Source: Deltaproteobacteria bacterium (lineage in GTDB: Bacteria > Myxococcota > Kuafuiibacteriia > Kuafuiibacteriales > Kuafuiibacteriaceae). From it: a stretch of DNA of 64,000 nt. Below, piece by piece: positions 1 to 9,953 of this stretch (within the stretch, counting starts at the first letter, position 1; every line of letters begins with the position of its first letter). Both the position numbers and the translations under genes were made by a program. The notes under the pieces are model-generated. The model was not told the DNA's origin, searched no databases, and worked only from the letters and a program-made list of their open reading frames with translations. The stretch is from the NCBI GenBank assembly GCA_040218735.1, contig JAVJQW010000042.1, positions 160,001 through 224,000 on the forward strand. The letters are read 5' to 3'.

Positions 1-372
1 GATCTCGTCGGGCCGCGACAGGTCGTCGCCCGGGTGTGTGCCGGAGAGGATCTCGTCGAGGTTCGAGTAGCCGTCGCCGTCGCTGTCGTCGTCTTCGATC
101 TCTTCGAGTGCCGTGGGCAGCGCGCCGAGGAAGTCGTTCACGTCGAGCGGACGTGTCATCGCCGGGAGGATCTTCGCTTCGAGCGCTTCGCCGAACCGGT
201 TCCGGGTCGGCGGAGTGCCGGCATGGCAGAACGTGCAGGCCGGGAGCCCGGCGAGGCACGTCGGTGCGTCGGGGTAGGCGTCGCAGAATGCGCCCGGGGC
301 GACGGGCAGAGCCCACGCCTCGGACGTCAGCAACACGGCCGCGAGCGCGGCCGGACCGAGGGTCCACTTCAT
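1..372 (-). CDS. Secreted protein with CxxCH heme-binding motif and acidic DxDxDG loop (runs off the window edge)
   Basis: Manual translation MKWTLGPAALAAVLLTSEAWALP...CTFCHAG...DDDSDGDGYSNLDE; signal peptide-like N-terminus; absent from the ORF track because truncated. Confidence 0.75.
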   Translation of the reverse strand, partial: MKWTLGPAALAAVLLTSEAWALPVAPGAFCDAYPDAPTCLAGLPACTFCHAGTPPTRNRFGEALEAKILPAMTRPLDVNDFLGALPTALEEIEDDDSDGDGYSNLDEILSGTHPGDDLSRPDEI

Positions 373-460
373 GTTGGTCACAGCGGACCGCGCCTGGCGG
401 GTTCGTACCATCGGTCAGCCCGTGGAGGGGCGAGGGTAGGATACGAGGATCGTGGGGAAA

Positions 461-1342
461 TCACGCGAGGGCGGGGGGTTCCTCGACCTCGTCCTCGTCC
501 TCGTCGTCGTCCACGAACTCTTCGTCGGGCTCGCCCTCTTCGTCCTCGGGCATCGTGGCCTCCCGCTCCGCCCGGCGGCGCTTGAAAAAGACGATCTCCT
601 CGCCCAGCCCCAGCGTGATGTAGCCGATGAACAGGGTCGCGAGGGCGAAGGTGGGCTTGAGCTGGGCCGAGAGCGCGGCGAAGACCAGGCAGACCACGAA
701 GGCGATGGTGATCGACTTCTTCGAGGGCCGCAGGTCCTTGAACGTGCGGTAGCGGACGTTCGAGACCATCAGCCCGGCCAGCACCAGCGCCACGGTCGCG
801 ACCGCCGGCGGGCCGCCGTACTTGGGCTCGCCGAACGGGTAACTCGCCATGACCATCGCGACGACCGTGCCGGCGGCGAGGGGGATCGGCAGTCCGACGA
901 AGTACTTCGACGACCCCGGCTCGCGGCTCGCGAGCACGTTGAACCGCGCGAGGCGCAGCGCGCCGCACGCGACGTAGAGGAACGCGACGAAGAGCCCGAT
1001 GAAGTCGAGCTCGTACAGGCACCACCGCCACAACAACACGCCGGGCGCGGCGCCGAACGAGACCTGGTCCGCGAGGGAGTCGAGCTGCATCCCGAACTCA
1101 CTCTGCGTCTTCGTCAGCCGCGCGACGCGTCCGTCGAACATGTCGAAGAACATGCCGAAGAAGATCGCGATCGCCGCGCGATATAGATCGCCCGGCTCCG
1201 CGTCTCCCATACAGAGGGTGATGGCGTAGAAGCCGCAGAAGATGCTGGAGACGGTGAAGGCGTTCGGAAGGACGAACATCGCCTTCTGCAGGTCGAAACG
1301 TATGCGGCGCCGGCGGCGCCGCGTTTGGCCATCACGTGCCAA
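461..1342 (-). CDS. pssA: CDP-diacylglycerol--serine O-phosphatidyltransferase
   Basis: LPNAFT and DMFDGRVAR...SEFGMQLDSLADQVSFGAAP CDP-alcohol phosphotransferase motif, ALRLARFN, FVGLPIP; TTG start chosen (ORF extends to 1384). Confidence 0.93.
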   Translation of the reverse strand: MARDGQTRRRRRRIRFDLQKAMFVLPNAFTVSSIFCGFYAITLCMGDAEPGDLYRAAIAIFFGMFFDMFDGRVARLTKTQSEFGMQLDSLADQVSFGAAPGVLLWRWCLYELDFIGLFVAFLYVACGALRLARFNVLASREPGSSKYFVGLPIPLAAGTVVAMVMASYPFGEPKYGGPPAVATVALVLAGLMVSNVRYRTFKDLRPSKKSITIAFVVCLVFAALSAQLKPTFALATLFIGYITLGLGEEIVFFKRRRAEREATMPEDEEGEPDEEFVDDDEDEDEVEEPPALA

Positions 1343-1392
1343 GCCCGACCACGCTAGCACGCTCGACCGGGCATCGCACGACAAGACGTGCG

Positions 1393-2571
1393 ATGATGAA
1401 TCGCATGACGGGCGACACGCTCCTGTACGTGGTCTTGGCCGCGGTGGCAGTCCTCGTCGCCTACGTCTTCCTCTCCGAGGCGCTCACCGCCTCGTTCCGG
1501 CTGGACGACGCCGGGACCGTCGAAGCGCTGACCATCGAGCTGTCCGATGTCGGCCATCACATCGCGCTCTACCACCACCCGCCGGAGCTGCAGCGCTACA
1601 GCGAGCCCGTCATCCTTTGTCACGGGCTGGGCGCGAATCGTTTCAACATGGACTTCTTCGACGACGGGGTGTCGGGCGATCGCATGTCCCTCGCCCGGAC
1701 GCTCGCGCGCGCGGGGTTCGACGTCTGGGTCCTCGAGACCCGCGGCCACGGTCGCGCGACGGTGCCCACGGGCGCCGACTGGACGATCGACGACGAGGTC
1801 CAGCAGGACGTCGCCACCGCGATCGAGACCGTGTTGGATCTGACCGGCGCCCAGAAGGTGCTGTGGGTCGGCCACAGCTGGGGCGGGATCCTGCAGTACT
1901 TCTTCTTCGCGATGGCGCACCCGCTCACGTCGCGCGTCGCGGGCGTGGTCGCGATCGGCTCGCCCGGGACCATCTCGCACCAGCTGTACCTGAAGCTCCT
2001 CCGCGGGCCGGGGTGGTTGCTCGCGAACCTGTTCCGCACGCCGCTTCCGGTGCGGCGCCTCGCGAAGCTCGGCGTGCCGATCAGCGCGTGGCTCAACCTG
2101 TTCCCGAAGATCGTGTTGTCGCGGATCGCGCCGCTGGATGACCCGCTCCTGCGTCGTCTGTTCGCGTCGCTCGCCGAGGACATCCCGCCGGGCATCCTGC
2201 GGTTGATGCTGTCGTGGGTTCGCTCGGGTGGATTACATTCGAAAGACGGCACCCCGCTCGAAGACGGTCTGGAGAACCTCGTCGTCCCCACGCTCCTGGT
2301 CGCCGGCTCCGCCGACACCCTCGCGCCGCCCGACGCCGTGAAGTTCGTCGCGGATCGGGTCGGCAGTGATGACGTCCAGTACGTCATCATGGGCAAGGAG
2401 CGCGGGTGCGACGTGGAGTACGGGCACGGCGGCCTGCTCCTCGGCCGCCAGGCCCCCGACGAGGTCTTCCCGGTCGTCGAGCGTTGGCTCGTGCGCCACG
2501 CGACGAGCGAGGTCACGGAGATCTGGTCGCGCTCCGCCCCGAAGAACGGCAAGCCCAACGGCCACGTCTGA
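1393..2571 (+). CDS. Membrane-anchored alpha/beta hydrolase (lipase-like)
   Basis: N-terminal TM helix, LCHGLG oxyanion motif, GHSWGG nucleophile elbow, GSAD and YGH catalytic motifs. Confidence 0.85.
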   Translation: MMNRMTGDTLLYVVLAAVAVLVAYVFLSEALTASFRLDDAGTVEALTIELSDVGHHIALYHHPPELQRYSEPVILCHGLGANRFNMDFFDDGVSGDRMSLARTLARAGFDVWVLETRGHGRATVPTGADWTIDDEVQQDVATAIETVLDLTGAQKVLWVGHSWGGILQYFFFAMAHPLTSRVAGVVAIGSPGTISHQLYLKLLRGPGWLLANLFRTPLPVRRLAKLGVPISAWLNLFPKIVLSRIAPLDDPLLRRLFASLAEDIPPGILRLMLSWVRSGGLHSKDGTPLEDGLENLVVPTLLVAGSADTLAPPDAVKFVADRVGSDDVQYVIMGKERGCDVEYGHGGLLLGRQAPDEVFPVVERWLVRHATSEVTEIWSRSAPKNGKPNGHV

Positions 2572-2574
2572 ACG

Positions 2575-4011
2575 TCAACGCCCGTAGTACGTCGGTCGGT
2601 GCGAGCGCACCGGCAACGGCGTCCGCACCAACGTGCCGATCGACGATAGCGCCGAGACGAACTCCGGCTCCAACCCCAGCACGACGAGACGCGCCTGCTC
2701 GGGGACGAGCGCGGCCTGCGCTGCCTTCGTGACGTCCGCCGCCGTCACGTCCACGAGACGCGCCTCGATGGTGTTGGCGTAGGTCGGCGGCAGCCCTTGC
2801 GCGAAGACGTCCCGCAGGTAGCTGGCGACACCGCGGGTGCTCGCGAGTCGCGCGTGCAGGCTCGCGCGCAGGCGCGCCTTTGCGTTGTCGAGCTCGGCCC
2901 CGTCGAGCGGGTGCTTCTGCAGGTCGTCGACGACGTCGAGGAGCCCCTGCGCGCCCTGCGCCGCGCCCTCGTGATCGAACCAGCCGCCGAGCATCGCGTG
3001 TACGTTCCCCGTGCGCGCGCGCCGCTGGGTGTACACGCCGTAGGTGAGGCCGCGCTCGTGTCGCAGGCGACTCTGTGCGCGCGAGACGAACCCGTTCGAC
3101 AGCGCCGCCACCATCACCTCGTAGTCGATCGCTTCCGTGGACTGCACCGACGGGCCATCGAGCAGCAGGCCGACGTACGCTTGGGTCCTGCGGCCCGGGA
3201 CGAAGCGGATGCGTCGCCCGCCCTCGCTCGGGAGGCGACCGATGGGCGCCGAGGCCTTCACCGGTTCGCGGGAGCGCCAGCCCGCGAAGGCCTCCGCCGC
3301 GCGGGCGTGGATCGTCGCGGCGTCCACCGGACCGACGACGATCACCGCGCAGGACTCGGGGCGGTATGCGCGTTCGATGAAGGCCGTGACGTCGGCGCCG
3401 CTGACGTTCGTGAGCGCGTCGGTTCGGACGCGGGGCACCTGCGCGAGGGGGTGGTCGGGCCCGCCGCGTTCCATCCGGTCCACGAGCCACGCGGCGTTGG
3501 ACGACGAAGTGAACCCGGCTTCGTTGTGCAGCTGCGTGCGCTCGCTTCGGAGTCGTGCGCCTTCCACCGGGCCCGCCGACAGCGCCGTCATCAAGCGTTC
3601 GAACACATACGTGACCTGTATGGGGTCGCCGCGCTTGCGCACGTAGGCCGACTCCGAAGCGACGCCCGCTTTGCCCTTGATGCGCGCGGCGAGGACACGC
3701 GCGGCGAGCGTCGCGGCGTCCGGCTCATTCGCGAAGCGTCGTCCGCCCTCGCGGTTCACGAGGTACACGATCGCGTCGTGGGATTCGCGCCGCGCGACCC
3801 AGACCGTGAGCCCGTTGTCGAGGGTGCGCGCGTCGACCTCGGGTGCGACGAGCGGGCGCGCGTCGGTCTCGACCGGAGGCGGCGTGGCGCGGAAGGGTTC
3901 GTCGGGCGTCGGCGTCAGCGGCTGCGCGAGGGGCGGGAGCGTCGAGCGCCCGCCGCACGCAAACGTCAACGCCACGCTAACGGCAATCGCGGCCGACCGT
4001 ACGTGCGACAT
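2575..4011 (-). CDS. M16 peptidase family protein, non-catalytic subunit (lipoprotein)
   Basis: Lipobox-like LTFAC, RTLDNGLTV, SRxxSRLRHERGLTYG C-terminal M16 motif; no HxxEH. Confidence 0.8.
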   Translation of the reverse strand: MSHVRSAAIAVSVALTFACGGRSTLPPLAQPLTPTPDEPFRATPPPVETDARPLVAPEVDARTLDNGLTVWVARRESHDAIVYLVNREGGRRFANEPDAATLAARVLAARIKGKAGVASESAYVRKRGDPIQVTYVFERLMTALSAGPVEGARLRSERTQLHNEAGFTSSSNAAWLVDRMERGGPDHPLAQVPRVRTDALTNVSGADVTAFIERAYRPESCAVIVVGPVDAATIHARAAEAFAGWRSREPVKASAPIGRLPSEGGRRIRFVPGRRTQAYVGLLLDGPSVQSTEAIDYEVMVAALSNGFVSRAQSRLRHERGLTYGVYTQRRARTGNVHAMLGGWFDHEGAAQGAQGLLDVVDDLQKHPLDGAELDNAKARLRASLHARLASTRGVASYLRDVFAQGLPPTYANTIEARLVDVTAADVTKAAQAALVPEQARLVVLGLEPEFVSALSSIGTLVRTPLPVRSHRPTYYGR

Positions 4012-5260
4012 CCGTCGTCTCCCCCTTGGTGTCGAGGACGGCGACGAATCGCCGCGTCGGCGTCAGGTGCTTCCTCGTCGCGGCTTGCACCTCGACCGCC
4101 CCCTCCGGAACCGCGCCGCGGACCGGAACACCGAGCTCCGCGAGCGCGAGATCACGACCGACGTCGAGTGGGTCGTCCTCTTGTGAGCGCCGACCGCCGC
4201 GGACGCTGCGGATTGCGTCGACGACCGGTTGGGTGCCGAACCGCAGATCGCGCAGCTGCCGGACCTCGTCGAGGACGAGGCTCTTCAGCGCGTTGGCGTT
4301 GGCGTCGCGGGCGCCGACGATCCGAACGTACGCGTGGCTCTCGAGTCGCTGCCGCTGCACGCCGCTCGCGACGTACACCGCCGCGCCGTACTGCTTCTGC
4401 AGCTGCTCCGAGAGCCGCTTCTCGATCACGACCGTCGCGACCTCGACCGCATCGAAGTCACCGTCGACGGCCCACCACACCTCCACCACCGGGCTCGCGA
4501 CCCGCGCCGTCACCCAGATCTCACGGCACCGCTCGGAGCGCTCCGGTGCGGCGGGGCGCGCGCGTTTGGGGATAGCCGGCGCGACGACGGTGCCGAGGTG
4601 CTTTCGCACCATCGACTCCGCGCGTGCGGGATCGAAGGCGCCGACGAGCGTCACGACGGCGTTGTCGGGGCGGTAGGTCTGCTGGAACAACCACCGCGCG
4701 TCGTGCGCGGTGAGCGCTGCGGTCTGTTCGAGCTCGTCTTCGACGCCAGCGTAGGGGTGCCCGTCACCGAAGAACGCGCGGCGCGCGTACGCGAAGAATG
4801 TCCCGCCGATGCCGCCTCGTCGTCCGCGCATCTCCCGCATCACGACGGGGTGTTCGTCCGCGAACGTCGCATCACTCATCACCTCGAGCGTGAACGCCAT
4901 GCGATCGGCTTCGCTCCACAACGTACGCTCGAGCGCACCGGTGGGGACGACCGCGTAGTAGGCGGTCGCGTCGAGGAAGGTCGAGGCGTTCATGTCGCGT
5001 CCACCGACCGCCTCCAGCGACGACAGCACTTCGAACGGCTTCGTGTGTTTGGTGCCGCGGAAGGTGAGGTGCTCGACGAGGTGCGCGAGCCCCGCGCGGT
5101 CCTCCGGATCGTCGGCCGCCCCCACGCCGTAGGCGACGGTGACCGCGACGACGGGCTCGCCCGGCATCTCGCGGAGGATCGCGACCATGCCGTTGTCCAT
5201 GACGAACCGCCGGTCACCGTCGGCCGCCGCGAGCGCGAGCAGGACGAGGAGCGCGTTCAC
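3977..5260 (-). CDS. M16 (insulinase-family) zinc peptidase, catalytic subunit
   Basis: DNGM..., GLAHLVEHLTFRGT (HxxEH), NAST, EADRM, YRPDNA; GTG start overlapping the upstream stop. Confidence 0.88.
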   Translation of the reverse strand: MNALLVLLALAAADGDRRFVMDNGMVAILREMPGEPVVAVTVAYGVGAADDPEDRAGLAHLVEHLTFRGTKHTKPFEVLSSLEAVGGRDMNASTFLDATAYYAVVPTGALERTLWSEADRMAFTLEVMSDATFADEHPVVMREMRGRRGGIGGTFFAYARRAFFGDGHPYAGVEDELEQTAALTAHDARWLFQQTYRPDNAVVTLVGAFDPARAESMVRKHLGTVVAPAIPKRARPAAPERSERCREIWVTARVASPVVEVWWAVDGDFDAVEVATVVIEKRLSEQLQKQYGAAVYVASGVQRQRLESHAYVRIVGARDANANALKSLVLDEVRQLRDLRFGTQPVVDAIRSVRGGRRSQEDDPLDVGRDLALAELGVPVRGAVPEGAVEVQAATRKHLTPTRRFVAVLDTKGETTDVARTVGRDCR

Positions 5261-5967
5261 GGCTCGGGCTCCGAGAGCCAGGACACCAGCGCGCCCGCGC
5301 CGGTCGTGATCCCGACGATCAGCGCGACGTCGGCGACGAAGAAGAGGGTCTTGGCGGAGCGCGTGTCGTCCGAGGTGCAGGCGCGGAGGCGACCGCAGGC
5401 GCTCGACTCTACGCGGTTGTACTCCGCGACGCCGAGGCCGCCCGCGACGGCAAACGTCACGAGCGCAAGCCCACTTGCGGCGGTGAGCGCGATGGAGGGG
5501 ACGTCCACGCCTTCGTCCGGAGGCGTCGGCTCGGCGACGATCGCCGGTGGCGGAGGCGGTGGCGCGACGACGATCTCGACCGCGTGGTCGCGTTGGCCCT
5601 CCGCGAGCCGGAGCGCGCCTTCGTGGGTCGTGCCGTTCGCGGTGACCTTCACGCGGTGCTCGCCGGGGTCGAGCGGATCCCCGTTGGTGTAGCTGCGCCC
5701 GTCGACCTGAACGCGGGCTTCGAGCTCGCGCCCGTCGGCGTCGACGACGGTCACGACGGCCGAGGCGAGTTTGTTCTGCGTCGCCTTCAACCGCGCCCGA
5801 CAGTCGCGCCGCACGACGGCCGGACACGACGACGCCACACAGACTTCGAACCCGTCCCGCGCCGCGAGGTAACGACCGCCGCGCAAGGCGACTTGCGCGC
5901 GCTCGCTCGCGTTCAGACAGGCCTCGACGGAGGGGGCTTGCGCGAGCGCGAGGAGCAGGAGGATCAA
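5257..5967 (-). CDS. Exported TPR/PEGA-like protein with C-terminal hydrophobic segments
   Basis: Signal peptide, Cys-containing helical N-part, VQVDG...LDPGEHRVKV PEGA-like segment, Pro linker, two hydrophobic helices; TTG start overlaps the upstream TGA. Confidence 0.65.
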   Translation of the reverse strand: MILLLLALAQAPSVEACLNASERAQVALRGGRYLAARDGFEVCVASSCPAVVRRDCRARLKATQNKLASAVVTVVDADGRELEARVQVDGRSYTNGDPLDPGEHRVKVTANGTTHEGALRLAEGQRDHAVEIVVAPPPPPPAIVAEPTPPDEGVDVPSIALTAASGLALVTFAVAGGLGVAEYNRVESSACGRLRACTSDDTRSAKTLFFVADVALIVGITTGAGALVSWLSEPEP

Positions 5968-6833
5968 GGCAGCACCTCGACGTCGTCGATATGGACCATC
6001 ATCGCTGGCCACGGGCCGAGCACCTCGGTGATGCCGACCGCGAGTCGTATGTCACCCAGCGGGAACGAGGGTGACCACGCCGCGACGCCGCGCTGAATCC
6101 CGTCGACCCGAATGACCGTCGAGGCACCGCCGATCGTGATCTCGGCTCGGTGCCAGTCGGTGCCGGAGTTGAACGGTCCGCCGACGCCGACATTTCCGCT
6201 GTCACGGATGCGCAGCTGCGTCCCCGAGATCTCCAGGTAGACCTCTTCTGGCGTAGGGGGAGGCGGCGTCAGCCGAAGGACGGCCGCCCACTCCGTGGGG
6301 CCGAGCGGGGAGAGTCGATAGCGCAGCGCGATGGTTCTTTCGAGGTCGCCATCCGCAAGATCAACGAAGACGAAGTGCGCTGCCGCGTCTCCCCCGGCGC
6401 CGCCGGCCGTATCGGCCCTCAACGACGCGGGAGGGCTGAACGCGTCCATCGTCGTGCGCGTGATGGACACGAGTGACGTGTTGACGCCATCGGTGCCGTC
6501 CCATTCGTCGAAGCTCGTGCGGTCGTCGAAGCTCGCGCAGAAGATCCGCCCCGCGTTGACGCCGCAGAAGGGGCCGCCGTCGCGCGGGCCCGCGTCCCGG
6601 AGCGGTCCGCCGCCGTCCCGGGGGACACCGCCGTCACGCAGCACGCCGCCGTCGTGTCCGGGGCCCCCGTCGCGGCCCACGCCGGCGTCCTCGGCGCCTC
6701 CGTCGGGCCCGATGCCACCGCCGTCCCGGCGGACCGAGGCGTCCGGGGCGATGCCCTCCAGATCCGACGCCGGGAACGCGAGGCTGCACCCCGTGGCGAA
6801 GACGAACCCGGTCGCGATGAACCAGCGCGGCAC
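5964..6833 (-). CDS. Lipoprotein with RDGG/DAG-repeat linker and beta-sandwich (ConA-like) domain
   Basis: Lipobox ATGC, repeated RDGG, FCASFDD, WHRAEI...VDG. Confidence 0.65.
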   Translation of the reverse strand: MPRWFIATGFVFATGCSLAFPASDLEGIAPDASVRRDGGGIGPDGGAEDAGVGRDGGPGHDGGVLRDGGVPRDGGGPLRDAGPRDGGPFCGVNAGRIFCASFDDRTSFDEWDGTDGVNTSLVSITRTTMDAFSPPASLRADTAGGAGGDAAAHFVFVDLADGDLERTIALRYRLSPLGPTEWAAVLRLTPPPPTPEEVYLEISGTQLRIRDSGNVGVGGPFNSGTDWHRAEITIGGASTVIRVDGIQRGVAAWSPSFPLGDIRLAVGITEVLGPWPAMMVHIDDVEVLP

Positions 6834-6892
6834 GTGGCGGGGAGGGTACCCAGGACGGCCGAAGAATGGGAGTCGGCCTATACTCGGCGTGC

Positions 6893-8602
6893 GTGGCTGG
6901 ACCGACCGAACCCTCGCGTGATGGCGAGTCGCTCGTCGCCGGAAGGATCCGGATCGGCGAGCCGCTCGGGCGCGGCGGTCAGGGCGCGGTCTTCCGCGGC
7001 GAGATGGTTGGGCCGCAAGGTTTCTTGCGCTCCGTCGCGATCAAACGTGTGACGGGCGCCGCGCCGGGCGCGACCCTCAACGAAGCCCTCCTCGACGAGG
7101 CGCGGCTGGCCTCCGCGATCCATCACCCCAACGTCGTCCAGACGCTCGACGTCGTGGAGGACGGCGATGAGTACGTCATCGTCATGGAGCTCGTGGACGG
7201 GGTCTCGCTCGCGAAGCTGCAGCGCGCGGACCGGAAGCTCCCGCCGCAGATTGCGGCGGGGATCCTGGAGGGGGCCCTCCGCGGCCTCGACGCAGCGCAC
7301 GAAGCGCGAAGCCCGCAGGGGGTGCCGCTTCGGATCGTGCACCGCGACTTCTCGCCGCAGAACATCCTCGTCGACCGGTTCGGGATCGCGAAGGTGCTCG
7401 ACTTCGGTATCGCCAAGGCCGCGGATCGTGCGCAGCCGATGACCCGCGTCGGTGCGTTCAAGGGCAAGGTCCCGTACGCCGCGCCGGAGCAGGTGCAGGG
7501 TGAAGGGGATCGGCGCGTCGACATCTGGGCCGCGGGCGTCGTGCTCTGGGAGACGATCCTCGAGCGCCGCCTCTTCAAACGCGACACGCCGGTCGAGACG
7601 CTCCGGTGCATTCGCACGCTACAGATCCAGCCGCCGATCGCGCTCGACCCGACGCTGCCCCACGGCCTGAGCGTCGTGGCGATGCGTGCGCTCGAGCGCA
7701 CGCCGGACCGCCGCTTCCCGACGGCGCGCGCGATGGCCGACGCCCTCGTCGCCGCCGGCGCGGCGTCGGCGCGGGAGATCGCGGCGTGGGTCGAGCCGCT
7801 CTTCGACACTGCTTCGTCGCCGGAGGGCGGGGCGCCGACGACGCGCATCGGTGCGTGGCTCACGCCGTCGCACGAGGCGCGGCCGGTGGACCCGGACTTC
7901 GCCGCGTCCGAATCCGACGCGACCGGAGGGCCGCCGCCAACACGGCTCGTTCGACCCGCGCCGGGGCCGCCGTCGGCGACGAGCGCCGACGCGGCCGTCG
8001 ACCGTGATTTTGCGGAGGCCCCGCCCCGGACGGTGCGGCTCGCGGCACCCGACCTCGACGAAGCCGGGCCCACGGCCGGTCCGACGCGCGTGCCGCTCGC
8101 GACGACCGACTCCGACGTGGTCGCGGGGGCAGGAGGTCTCGACCCGGCGGACGCCACCGCGCGGGCCGACGCGCCGGCCGCCGAGAGCGTCGAGGAGGGT
8201 GCCCGGCGGGTGCCTCCCCTCTGGATCGCGGGGGCCGCGCTGTTCCTGGCCGCCGGGGCGACGGTGTTCTTCCTCGACGGGCCCCCCCGCGGGCCGACGC
8301 CCGCTCCGCCGCCCTCCGTGCCGGCCGCCGCGGTTGCACCCGAACCCGAACCCGAACCCGCGGTCGAGGCGGCGCCGACGGAGATCGAGCGTGAGGTCGA
8401 ACCCGAACGCGGGGCAGCGGTGGAGACGGAACCGCCGCCCGAGCCCCCGCCGCCGAGGCGACGCCGCGCGCGGCGCGCGAAGAGGAAGCGCAAGAAGGCG
8501 CCCGCCCCGGAGGAGCTCGACTGTGCGCAGCCCTACGTGATGCGGGATGGCGTGAAGGTCTGGCGACGAGAGTGCTTCGCAGCGCAACCGGAACAGCGGT
8601 AG
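6893..8602 (+). CDS. Membrane-spanning Ser/Thr protein kinase
   Basis: LGRGGQG, VAIK, HRDFSPQN, DFG, APE motifs; one TM helix; Pro-rich tail; GTG start preceded by TATACT. Confidence 0.93.
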   Translation: MAGPTEPSRDGESLVAGRIRIGEPLGRGGQGAVFRGEMVGPQGFLRSVAIKRVTGAAPGATLNEALLDEARLASAIHHPNVVQTLDVVEDGDEYVIVMELVDGVSLAKLQRADRKLPPQIAAGILEGALRGLDAAHEARSPQGVPLRIVHRDFSPQNILVDRFGIAKVLDFGIAKAADRAQPMTRVGAFKGKVPYAAPEQVQGEGDRRVDIWAAGVVLWETILERRLFKRDTPVETLRCIRTLQIQPPIALDPTLPHGLSVVAMRALERTPDRRFPTARAMADALVAAGAASAREIAAWVEPLFDTASSPEGGAPTTRIGAWLTPSHEARPVDPDFAASESDATGGPPPTRLVRPAPGPPSATSADAAVDRDFAEAPPRTVRLAAPDLDEAGPTAGPTRVPLATTDSDVVAGAGGLDPADATARADAPAAESVEEGARRVPPLWIAGAALFLAAGATVFFLDGPPRGPTPAPPPSVPAAAVAPEPEPEPAVEAAPTEIEREVEPERGAAVETEPPPEPPPPRRRRARRAKRKRKKAPAPEELDCAQPYVMRDGVKVWRRECFAAQPEQR

Positions 8603-8612
8603 GGTCCCCGGC

Positions 8613-9949
<1,337 letters not shown>

Positions 9950-9953
<4 letters not shown>

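Noticed and set aside
6560-6740. RDGG/DAG repeats as a DNA repeat element
   Set aside because: Irregular spacing with synonymous variation; a common low-complexity lipoprotein linker in this group
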